Origin: Hypanus sabinus
Taxonomy: Eukaryota
DNA length: 64,000 nucleotides
Reading direction: 5' to 3'
Assembly (NCBI RefSeq): GCF_030144855.1
Contig: NC_082728.1
Location: 32,798,001-32,862,000, forward strand
In this document: in pieces, positions 24,281 through 35,580 of the stretch
Layout: the number at the start of each line of letters is the position of its first letter
Numbering within the stretch: the first letter of the stretch is position 1
Translations under genes and position numbers: made by a program
Notes under the pieces: model-generated
Database searches by the model: none
The model's input: only the letters and a program-made list of their open reading frames with translations
Told to the model about the DNA's origin: nothing

Positions 24281-26000
24281 GAAACATAGAAAACCTACAG
24301 CACAATACAGGCCCTTCGCCCACAAAGTTGTGCCGAACATATCCCTACTTTAGAAATTATTCAGCTTACCTACAGCCCTCTATTTTACTCAGCTCCATGC
24401 ACTTAACTAAAAGTCTCTCAAAAGACCCTATTGTATCTACTTCCACCACCATTGCTGGCAGCCCATTCCACTCACTCACCATTCTCTGAGTAAAAAAAAC
24501 TTACCCCTGACATCATCTCTGTACCTACTCCCCAGCACCTTAAACCTGGGTACTCTTTGTGACAACTATTTCAGCCCTGGGAAAAAGCCTTTGAGTATTT
24601 ACATGATCAATGCCTCTCATTATCTTGTACACCTGTATCAGGTCACTTCTCATCCTCCATCACTCCAAGGAGAAAAGGCCAAGTTCACTCAACCTTTTCT
24701 CATAAGGCATGCTCCCCAATCCAGGCAACACCCTGGTATATCTCCGCTGTACCATTTCTATGTTTTCCATATCCTCCCTGTAGTGAGGCGACCAGAACTG
24801 AGCACAGTACTCCAAGTGGGGTCTGACCAGGGTCCTATATAGCTGCAACATTACCTCTCGGCAACTAAATTCAATTACACGATTGATGAAGGCCAATACA
24901 CCATACGCCTTCTTCACCATAGATTTAACATGTGCAGCTTCTTTGAGCGTCCTATGGACTCGGACCCCAAGATCCCCCTGATCCTCCACACACCAAGAGT
25001 CCTACCATTAATACTATATTCTGACATCATATTTGATCTACCAAAATGATCCACTTCACACTTATCTGGGCTGAGCTCTATCTGCCACTTCTCAGCCAAG
25101 TTTTGCATCCTATCAGTGTCCTGTTGTAACCTCTGACAGCCTTCCACACTATCCACAACACCTCCAACCTTTGTGTCATCAGCAAACTTACTAACCCATC
25201 ACTCCACTTCCTCATCCAGGTAATTTATAAAAATCATGAAGAGTTGGCGTCCCGGAACAGATCCCCGAGGCTCTCCACAGGTGACCGACCTCCATGCAGA
25301 ATATGACTGGTCTACAACCACTGTTTTCCTTCTGTGGACAAACCAGTTCTGGATCCACAAAACAATGTCCCCTTCAATCCGATGCCTCCTTACTTTCTCA
25401 TTAGCCTTTCATGGGGTACCTTATGAAATGTCTTGCTGAAATTCATATACACTACATCTACGGCTCTTCCTTCATCAGTGTGTTTAGTCACATCCTCAAA
25501 AAAATTCAATCAGGCTCATAAGGCTCCACCTGCCCTTGACAAAGCCATGTTGAGTATTCCTAATTATATTATACCTCCCAAATGTTCACAAATCCTGCCT
25601 CTCAGGATCGTCTCCAAATACTTACCAACCACTGAGGTAAGAATCACTGGTTTATAATTTCCTGGGCTATCTCTACTCCCTTTCTTGAAAAAATTGAACA
25701 ACATCTGCAACCCTCCAGAACCTCTCCCGTCCCCATTGCTGATGCAAAGATCATCACCAGATGCTCAGCAGTCTCCTCCCTTGCCTCCCAAAGTAGCCTG
25801 GGGTAAATTTCATCCAGTCCCGGTGACTTATCCAACTTGATGCTTTCCAAAATCTCCAGCACGTCCTCTTTCTTAATATCTACATGCTCAAGCTTTTCAG
25901 TCTGCTGCAAGTCATCACTACAATCACTAAGATCCTTTTCCATAGTGAATACTGAAGTAAGTTATTCATTAAATACCTCTGCTATTTCCTCTGGTTCCAT
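24280..26000 (-). mobile_element. CR1 3' half (RT and 3' UTR)
   Basis: KLDKSPGLDEIYPRLLWE, KCEVDHFGRSN, TLVRPHLEYCAQFWSPHY. Confidence 0.92.
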
Positions 26001-26389
26001 TCACACTTTCCCACTTAATTTTGTATTTGCACGGTTTGTTGTATTCTGCACATCAGCTGACTCTCAGTTGGTGCTGTCTTTCATTGATTCTATTATGGTT
26101 ATTATTCTATTATGGATTTATTGAGATTGCCCTCTAAATGCAAGTCAGGGTTGTATGGGGACATATTTGTGGATAATCAGATTCCTCCGAACATCAACAG
26201 CTTTCCATTTTCCTCAATTTACAAAATGTTTCGCTTTCAACTTCTTGTTCTACCTGTGGATGCCACCCCACCGTTAATTTCTACCTCGCATTCCTCTTGT
26301 CCTTTCATTCCCAGTTCAGTGAGCAGGTTTCTCCTTGAAGTTCCTATGCCTTTCTTATTGTTCACACACAAACAATTTGGTAAAATTAG

Positions 26390-27060
26390 ATAAGCGGCGT
26401 GAGAGAGGAGTCCCTTTAAATCACACACCCGGACTGAAAGTACACACAGCAGCCGGGATCTTGCCTGAAAAGAAAAGCTCCGCAGAGTAGCGATAAAGAA
26501 TAGAAAGAAAGCGTCACTTTTCTGTTGCGCTCTCCGTTCCCCCGAGCGCTGGGTCACCTGGAGAGGGGTCCCAAAAGCTGTCAAAAGGGCTGATTTCAGA
26601 GAGGGCACCAAGCACCATTAGGTGTATTGCAGCTGCTACGCGCTTCATTTAAGTCTGTTATGAACCCTGTCCCAAGTCCAACAAGTTAATCTCGATCTGA
26701 CACGTTGACAATTCCTTCCCCTCCGAACCGACCCCCGAAGTTCCTCCAGCAGTTCGCTTGTTGCTTAAGCGCTCAGCATTAACACTTTCTTGTGCATGAA
26801 ACAAGCAGTTTATTTTGTCGAAGCGTTGCCGAGAGAGAAATGACCACTAACCGTCAACAAGGAGATGGTGTGTCCCGTAATCCTGCAGACTTCACGCTGT
26901 TAATGCTCGTAGACAATATCCATTCTGACTGATGCCGATGGGACTTCACATTCCCATTAAAACCAGGGCGGGGAAGACCGCTTCAACTCTTCTGTACCAC
27001 TCGCTAAACTAGCGCCCTGGTAGTTTCTCTTTCACTCCAGAGAATCCGGAACAATTTGTA
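26390..27060 (-). promoter_or_regulatory. CpG-rich putative promoter / non-coding exon 1 of gene A; candidate donor CAG|GTGACC at 26558/26557
   Basis: Dense CpGs in non-repeat sequence; GC box GGGCGGGG at 26966-26973; kB-like GGGACTTCACATTCCC at 26940-26955. Confidence 0.55.
27022..27033. promoter_or_regulatory. ISRE (AGTTTCTCTTTC)
   Basis: Perfect match to AGTTTCNNTTTC; reverse strand reads GTGAAAGAGAAACT. Confidence 0.6.
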
Positions 27061-27073
27061 ATTATAAATTCTT

Positions 27074-29663
27074 CTTTCTTTCTTTTTCAATCTTTTTATT
27101 GATTTTCACATATACACAAAAAAAATAACATAGTAATAAGTAAATTATAAATACAATAGACTTGAAATCACATTGATAATAAGATAATAATATCCTACTA
27201 AACATCAACAAAAGAAAATACTTTAATCAAGTCCACATGATTATATGAAAAAAAAACAAAAATAACCATTAAAATAGAAAAAAAAAATTTAAAAAATATG
27301 TGAGAAAAAAAATATATATAAAAAAAATAAAACACTAAACTAAACTAACATAGGCAATAATAACAGTTTACAAGTATAAGATAGTGTCAAAGAACTCCGG
27401 AACTCCATACCTGAACATGAATAAGCAGAAAGGTCTGGAGAAGGCCAAATTAATTCATATGAAAATGTCGAATAAACGGTCTCCAAGTTTCTTCAAATTT
27501 AATTGATGAGTCAAAAATCGTGCTTCTAATTTTTTCCAAACTCAGATAAGAAATAGTTTGAGAAAGCCATTGAAATGTAGTAGGAGGATTTACTTCTTTC
27601 CAATTTTGTAGTATAGACCTTCTGGCCATTAATGTTACAAAAGCAATCATTCGTCTGATTGAGGGGGAAAACTGATTACCATCTTCATTTGGTATGCCAA
27701 AAATTGCAGTAATAAAATGAGGTTGTAAATCTATATTCCACATTGAAGAAATAGTAGTAAATATATCCTTCCAATAATTATGTAAAGTGGGACATGACCA
27801 AAACATATGGGTCAATGAGGCCACTGCTAAATGACATCTGTCACATAGAGGGTTAATATGAGAATAGAATCGAGCAAGTTTATCTTTAGACATATGAGCT
27901 CTATGTACAATTTTAAATTGTATTAAAGCATGTTTAGCACATATAGAAGAAGAATTAACCATTTGCAAAATTTTTTCCCATTTATCTGTTGATATGTTGT
28001 ATTGAAGTTCTTTTTCCCATTCTTGTTTAATTCTAACTGATATTTCTGGTTGTATCTTCATAATCATATTATAAATAAAAGCTACTAATCCCTTCTGACA
28101 AGGATTTAAGGTAAAGATCAAATCTGTAGTGTCCATCAAAGTTGAATTAGGAAAAGATGGTAAAACTTTATGTAAAAAATTTCTAATTTGTAAATATCTG
28201 AAAAAATTAGATTTAGGTAATTCAAATTTATTAGAAAGTTGATCAAATGACATCAAAGTATCTTCAAAAAAGAGATCACGAAAACATTTTATACCTTTCC
28301 TTTTCCATATGTTAAAAGCTTGATCTGTCCAGGAGGGTTTGAAAAAGAAATTAAATAAGATAGGGCTATCAAGAACAAAGTTTTTCAAAATAAAAAACTT
28401 ACGAAATTGAAACCAAATTCGTAATGTATGTTTAATAACAGGATTAAATATTTGTTTATTAAATTTAACTAAATCCGCAGGAAGACAAGAACCAAGAACA
28501 GAGAATAGAGAATATCCCTTTACCTCATTACATTCCAAATTTACCCACTGTGGGCACAGTGGTGAATCCAAATCTAATTTCCAATACAATAAATTACGAA
28601 TATTATTTGCCCAATAATAAAATCTAAAATTAGGTAAAGCTAAACCACCATCTTTTTTTGATTTTTGTAATTGCTTTTTACTTAACCTAGGGTTTTTATT
28701 TTGCCACACAAATGAAGAAATTTTTGAATCAATGTTATCAAAAAAAGATTTAGGAATAAAAACTGGTAGGGCTTGAAATAAATATAAAAATTTCGGTAAA
28801 ATCATCATTTTGACAGCATTAATCCGACCAATTAATGATAAAAACAAGGGAGACCATCTTGTAGTAAGTTGATGAATTTGATGAAGCATAGGTAAAAAAT
28901 TCAGTCTAAATAAATCTTTATATTTCTTGGTAATTTTTATACCTAGATAAGTGAAGTTATCAGTAACAACTTTAAATGGTATCCTATCAGTCAATAAAGT
29001 TTGTGCATTTAAAGGAAATAATTCACTCTTATCTAAATTTAGTTTATAACCAGAAAAAGTACCAAATTGAACCAACAAGGATAAAATAGCAGGAATAGAC
29101 CTATCAGGGTCAGAAATATATAACAGCAAATCATCAGCATAAAGAGATAATTTATATAACTTCTCATTACGGGTAATACCAAAAATATTAGGAGATTCAC
29201 GAATAGCAATAGCTAAAGGTTCTAATACAATATTAAATAATAAAGGACTTAAGGGACAACCTTGTCTCGTACCACGAGATAATTGAAAAAAAGAGGATCT
29301 GTGGTTATTCGTAAAAACAGAAGCAACAGGTTTATGATATATTAATTTAATCCATGATGTAAAATTAGAACTAAAATTAAAATTTCTCAATGTATTAAAT
29401 AAATATATCCATTCAACTCTATCAAAAGCTTTTTCAGCATCTAATGAAATAACACATTCTGGGATTGTGGGTGGTGAAGTATGAATTATATTAATCAATT
29501 TTCTAACATTAAAAAAGGAATACCGATTCCTCATAAAACCAGTTTGATCTTCTGAAATAATCTGAGACAGTACTTTTCTAATCTAATAGCTAAAATTTTT
29601 GTAAGAATCTTAGAATCTACATTTAATAATGATATAGGGCGATAAGATGTACATAAAGTAGGA
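27074..29663 (-). mobile_element. L1-clade LINE, 5'-truncated, young
   Basis: 694-aa open ORF2 segment 27450-29534 (RGTRQGCPLSPLLF, LYADD, C-terminal CDRC...H...C zinc knuckle); PTLCTSYRPISLLN upstream after a 1-nt frameshift; AATAAA and GAAA-rich tail; perfect 11-bp TSD TATAAATTCTT (27063-27073, 29664-29674). Confidence 0.95.
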
Positions 29664-30702
29664 TATAAATTCTTGCAAAGAAAAACAAATCACCCTCGGC
29701 GCAATCTGTAATCCGCCACTCAGAGACTTGATAATCTATCTTGTCGAAAGTATAAGTTATTGTAATAGTATTAAATGAGAATAATTTCAAAGAAGCATAC
29801 CTACTTCTAACTTATTAAATATGAAGTAATCTAATCAAACATGAAGTTCTCAGCAGCCTATTAATCACATTGCATTAGGGCTCAGCAATCACTTATTGGG
29901 TTGGGGAGCTTGGGTAACCCCCGCTACACCAGCTACTTCACACAGTGCGGACCAGCACAGCTCAGCAGTCCTAACGCCTGTAGTTAAACAGGAGAAAGAT
30001 GTGTCTCTGCTCTCAGAAATAGCGCAATATTCCTTTCACAGGAACTGCTCAGACAGATGGTATGACCACATTAATGGGACATTATTATAGAACACTCAAC
30101 AGTCCGCGGGATTTCGAGGAAGGAGTTTGTAGAGAGGTCGCAGACAGTTGCGAGTAACAAGGTTGTGATAATAGGTAATTTAAACTTTCCACATATTTAA
30201 TGGGTACATCAAAGTCCCAACTGTGCGTTACTACATCAGCTATTAGGGAGTGAACAGTGCAGGTGACAGAAATTTGTGCAGGGAGACACATATTTAGTGT
30301 TCATAGTGACATCAGTTTCAAGGTAATTAGTGGAAAAGGATCGGGTTGAGATTACAAACTGGAGAAAGACCAATTTTGACGGTATCAGAAAGAATCTGGC
30401 AAGTGTGGTAGGGACAGGCTGTTTTCTGACAAATTGTATACTTGGTAAGTGAGTGGCCTTCAAAAGTGAAATTTTGAGAGTAAAGAGTTTGTATGTTCCT
30501 GTCAGAATAAAAGGCAAGGATAACAGTTTTAGGGAACCTTGATTTTCTTGAGATACTGAGCCCCTGGTAAAGAAAAACAAGGAGGTACATAACAGACATA
30601 GGCAGGCAGGAACAAGGGAGATACTTGAGGAATAAAAGAAATGTAGGAGAACACAAGGAGGAAATCGGAGGGCTAAAAATGACATGAGATTGCTCTAACA
30701 TA

Positions 30703-31077
30703 TGTTACACGGGGACGACGGAGGAGAATCCAAGTGCAGGACACCGACATGTCCACTCAGTTGGGGAGGCTGGCATAGACCAGAACGTAGAGGAGGAAAC
30801 CAGAGCGATCTTGACAAGGAGACAGGATTCACAGGGACTCTCTAGAAACTAGAGCAGAACTTGGAACTAACGGTTCTAAACGGAACAGGGAACAAAGTAT
30901 CACACAAGAATTAACCAACGAACAAGCAACCTGTGAAAGAGTCGTCCTCGTATTTATTTCCAGTCTCTGATGAAAGCCAGGTGTATGATTATTGGGTAAC
31001 TAGCAGCAATTGACTGAAATTGGGGCATGATCAGGGAGAAAAGTGTTAAAGGGGAACGGCCAACGGGAACCATGACA
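30703..31077 (-). repeat. 3' LTR
   Basis: Direct repeat of 35219-35580; preceded on the minus strand by the PPT GGGGGGAGGGGGG. Confidence 0.95.
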
Positions 31078-31099
31078 ATACCCCCCTCCCCCCATGGGA

Positions 31100-34000
31100 G
31101 CCTCCCAGCATTCCTCCAGGCCTGTCCGGATGGTCCTGATGGAAGTCCTGAATGAGGAAAGGGTCTAGGATAAAGGAGCGGGGGACCCAGGAACGTTCTT
31201 CAGGATCGTACCCCTCCCAGTCCACCAGGTATTGGAGGCCACTGCCCCGACGGCACACATCTAGCAGTCGTCGGACAGTGTATGCCGGATGGTTGGCGAT
31301 GAGCCGGGCAGGGGGAGGAGTCTCAGCTGGGGGACACAAAGTGCTGACGAAGACTGGTTTTATCTGGGACACATGAAAGGTTGGGTAAATACGCATGGAC
31401 TTGTGCAGCGTGAGGAGAACCGTTGTGTGGTTGATAATCCTTTCGATCTTGAATGGTCCCAGGAAGTGGGGGGTGGGTTTCCTAGGTACTAGGGCGCATC
31501 TGAGCGGGATGTCCTTGGCGGAAAGCCACATCATCCGCCCCGGTTGGTACTCTGGTGCTGCAGTCCGGTGTCGGTCGGCCGTTTTTGTCGATCTGAGTAG
31601 GGCCGTGCGGGTCTCCTCCCAAACCTTCCGGCACCGATCAACATGGTCCCGAACCGACGGTACCGCGATCTCTTCTACCTGACCGGGGAGCAGCAGCGGT
31701 TGATACCCAAGGGAGCACTCGAACGGGGTCCTCCCAATGTTAGAGTTGTGGGCGTACTCAATCCAGGGTCGCTCCAGGTTGACGGGCGGTTTGCTGTTAC
31801 GCAGCGTAATGTTGCCTCCAGGTCCTGGGTGACCCGTTCCGTCTGCCCGTTTGTCTGGGGGTGGAAGCCGGATGACAGTCTGGCCGTTGCTCCTGGGGCT
31901 CGACAGAAGGCTCTGCATACCTGCGAAACGAACTGGGGACCCTGATCGGAGAGGATGTCCGCGGGGATTCCGTGGAAGCGGGAAATGTGATGGACTAGAA
32001 GATCTGCGATTTCTTGCGAGGGTGGGAGCTTAGGGAGGGCCACAAAATGCACCGCCTTGGAGAATCGGTCTACTACGGTGAGGACAGTTGTGTTTCCGCG
32101 GGAAGGGGATAGACCGGTGACGAAGTCTAGAGCGACGTGGGACCAGGGACGACCAGGTACAGGAAGGGAACGGAGTAATCCCGCAGGTAGCCGATGGGAG
32201 GCTTTTCCACGGGCGCAGACGGAACATGCGGAAACATAGGAACGGGTGTCAGGGTCCATGGAGGGCCACCAGAAATGCCTCTTCAGGAGGGTCAGGGTCC
32301 GATCGATTCCGGGATGGCAGGCGAAGTGAGAAGTGTGCCCCCACTGTAGGACCTGTGATCGAACAGCATCGGGTACAAAGAGGAGATTGCGAGGTCCGGT
32401 GCCTGGGTAGGGATGCGTCCTTTGGGCCCCTGACTTTGGACCCGATCTCCCAGGTGAGGGCAGCCATTACACAGAAATCCGGAAGAATGGACTCGGGATT
32501 GGGAAGATCCTCCTCGGCAACGTATTGGCGGGAGAGGGCATCGGGCTTCCCGTTCTTGGACCCCGGACGATAGGTGAGGGAGAACCTGAACCGGCCAAAA
32601 AATAATGCCCAACGGGCCTGGCGGGAATTCAGGTGTTTGGCGGTCTGGATATATTCATGGTTCTTGTGGTCTGTCCAGACGATAAATGGGTGTTCTGCCC
32701 CCCTCCAACCAATGCCTCCACTCTTCCAACGCCAGTTTGACCGCTAGTAGCTCCCGGTTCCCCACGTCGTAGTTTCGTTCAGCGGGAGACAGTCGGCGAG
32801 AGAAGGCGGCACGGGGATGTAGTCTCTGATCCGGGCCAGAATGTTGGGACAGTACCGCTCCCGCCCCGGAGTCAGAGGCATCAAACTCCACAATGAACTG
32901 ACAGGAGGGGTTCGGTTGAATCAGAACAGGGGCAGACGTGAAACGCCTCTTCAGTTCGGCGAATGCGGAGTCCGCCCCGGAGTTCTAAAGGAAAGGGGTA
33001 GCAGGTGAGTTAAATCGGGTAAGGGGGCCGCCACCTGACTGTAGTTTCTGATGAACCGGCGGTAGAAGTGCGCAAACTCCAGGAACCGTTGGAATTGCTT
33101 GCGGTCCGTGGGTTTGGGCCACTCTGCCACAGCCTGGATCTACTCGGGATCTTCTCACCGGTCCACTCTCGATTATATACCCTAGGAAGCTGACCGAGGG
33201 GACGTGGAATTCGCATTTCTCTGCCTTTATGAATAATTCATTCTTCCCCAGCCTCTGCAGGACTTGATGGACGTGTTGCTGGGGACTGTTGGAAAAGATC
33301 GGGTGTCATCCAGGTAGACAAACACACAGCGGTTAAGGAAGTCTTTTAGTACATCGTTAATCAAGGCTTGAAAAACTGCGGGGGTATTGGTGAGGCCGAA
33401 AGGCATGACTAAGTACTCGAAGTGGCCTAACGGGGTATTGAAAGCCGTCTTCCACTCGTCCCCCTCCCTTATCCAGACCGAATGGTAGGCGTTTCGGAGA
33501 TCCAACTTCAAGAAGATGGCGGCTCCATGAAGTGGCTCGAACGCAGAACATAAGGGGCAGTGGGTACTTGTTCTTAATGGTGATATGATTTAGGCCTCGG
33601 TAACCGATGCAGGGACGGAGAGAGCCATCCTTCTTCCCCACAAAGAATCCAGCACCCACTGGGGAGGATGAGGGTCGAATAATGCCCGCCACCAGAGACT
33701 CACTAATATATTTCTCCATGGCTTCTTTCTCAGGCCGGGACAAGTTATACAGGTGACTGGTGGGTAACGAAGCCCTGGGAAGAAGGTGGATAGCGCAGTC
33801 ATACGGGCGGTGTGGAGGCAGGGAAAGAGCACGTTGCTTGCTGAATACCTGTCCCAGGTCATGATATTCTGTGGGAACACTGGACGAGTCGAGAGTTTCA
33901 AAGACGGGCGAGGTCACTGTATCCGCCCTAGGGGATAGGGCCGACTGCAGACGGGTGGCGTGGCAAAACGGGCTCCAGCTGTCTATCCTCCCGGTAGACC

Positions 34001-35202
34001 GATCAATGCAAGGATTATGGCGGCGTAACCAGGGGTGTCTAAGTACTATCGGGGCTTGAGGTGAGGAGATCAGGTTAAATTGTACCTGCTCCCGATGATT
34101 CCCAGAGAGGATCAAAGACAGTGGTGGAGTACGGTGAGTGACTCGAGCCAGTACCCGCCCTTCCAGAGGGGTAGACAACGGCTCCCCAGGGATTCCGGCC
34201 TGGGCAGCTATGTCTTCATCCAACAGATTCCACTCAGTACTGGAATCTATCAAGGTAGACAAGGACAAGGACTGTCGATTGTAGGTTACAGTAGCTTGGA
34301 TCTGCATCCAGGCTTGGGGAACCGAAGGGAGATTCACCAGAACAGTTGGAGTGGGGGCTACACTAGGAGAGGACGGGGAAGAGAGGCTGGCTGAAGATGT
34401 TAAGGTGGGCTGTAGGATGACCCGCGGAGCGGGGTGACTGGTCTTTTCTCTCAGATGTTCTCGCAGTCGATTATCTACCCTGGTGGCTAGAGAGACCAGA
34501 GTCCAGGCTGTTCGCGTCATCCCTGGCCACTAATTCATCTTTTATCAGTGAGACCCCGTCGAAACACTTCATGTAGTGCTTCGTCATTCCACCCAGAGTC
34601 GGCCGCTAATGTTCGGAACTCTACAGAGTATTTCGCTACGCTTCGCGAGCCCTGACCGAGAGTCAGAAGGCGCCTAGTGGCGCCCTTCCCGCGAATGGGA
34701 TGTTCCAAAACTTTCCTCATCTCCGAGATGAAGGTGGAGAAGGAGGAACAGACCTCTGGCTGGTTGTCTCAGATCGCGGTGGCCCATGATAAGGCATCCC
34801 TTCGTAACAGCCCCATGATGTACGCAATTTTGATCTGTCCGAACTGTATGTACGTGGCTGTTGCTCAAAAACCAGAGAGCACTGCAGTAAGAAAGCCCAG
34901 CACTTCCCTAGGTCCCCAGCGTCGGGTTCTGGTTCAGGTATGCAAGGCTCTCGAGGTGATTGGGTTGCCGAGCCAAGGGCTGTACCCATCCTAGGCTGTG
35001 CGGTTTGGTCAGACTGGGTTCTTGGAAAGGACAGAGTAAGGGGAGCGGATACCCGGACAAGCTGTTCACAGACCTTCTTTACATCCATGGGTAGGGCATG
35101 AAGATCTTTCAGGACTTCTCTGAGTAGTTGATCATGTATACCCAGTAGGGAGCCCTGGCTAACGAGGGCTTGTTTCACCGGGTCCGTGTCCACTGGGTTC
35201 AT
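31100..35202 (-). pseudogene. Disrupted gag-pol: gag ~34535-35202, protease ~34150-34300, RT ~33010-33900, RNase H ~32655-32890, integrase ~31675-32260, chromodomain ~31130-31290
   Basis: CWAFLLQCSLVFEQQP (Peg10/Rtl1-like gag), [82 protein letters not shown]. Confidence 0.93.
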
Positions 35203-35206
35203 TCTG

Positions 35207-35217
35207 GCTAGTTCGTT
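35207..35217 (-). other. Self-priming PBS (AACGAACTAGC), complementary to the predicted transcript 5' end in the LTR (35417-35427)
   Basis: No tRNA-type TGG after the LTR. 11-nt complementarity, with one G.U pair, to an LTR segment starting ~30 nt downstream of an ATAAATA box. Confidence 0.75.
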
Positions 35218-35218
35218 C

Positions 35219-35580
35219 TGTTACACGGGGCCAACGGAGGAGAACCCAAGTGCAGGACACAGATATGCCGACTCAGTTGGGGAGGCTGGCATGTACCTGA
35301 ACATAGAGCAGGAAACCAGAGGAATCTTGACAAGGAGACGGGATTCACATGGACTCTCCAGAAACTAGCAGAAATTAGAACTACCGGTTCTAATCAGAAA
35401 AGGGAAGAAAGTATCCAACAAACTAGCAACCTGTGATAGAGTCCTCCTTGTATTTATTGACCAGTCTCTGATGAAAGCCAGGTGTATGATTATTGGGTAA
35501 CTAGCAGCAATTGACTGAAATTGGGGCATGATCAGGGAGAAAGAAGTGTTAAAAGGGAACAGCCAACCAGAACCATTACA
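35219..35580 (-). repeat. 5' LTR
   Basis: Direct repeat of 30703-31077, visibly diverged from it. Confidence 0.95.

Larger units (their letters stand above)
30703..35580 (-). mobile_element. Full-length but decayed Gypsy LTR retrotransposon of the chromovirus (Tf1/sushi) group
   Basis: Two ~370-bp LTRs (TGTTAC...CA); 5-bp TSD ACATA/GCATA; PPT at 31081-31093; gag-PR-RT-RH-IN-chromodomain order; multiple frameshifts. Confidence 0.96.

Noticed and set aside
26237-26611. 124-aa minus-strand ORF in the gene A CpG island
   Set aside because: TTG start, no recognisable domain; better explained as exon 1 / intron 1 sequence.
31152-34994. Numerous + strand ORFs
   Set aside because: Antisense shadows of the GC-rich Gypsy gag-pol.
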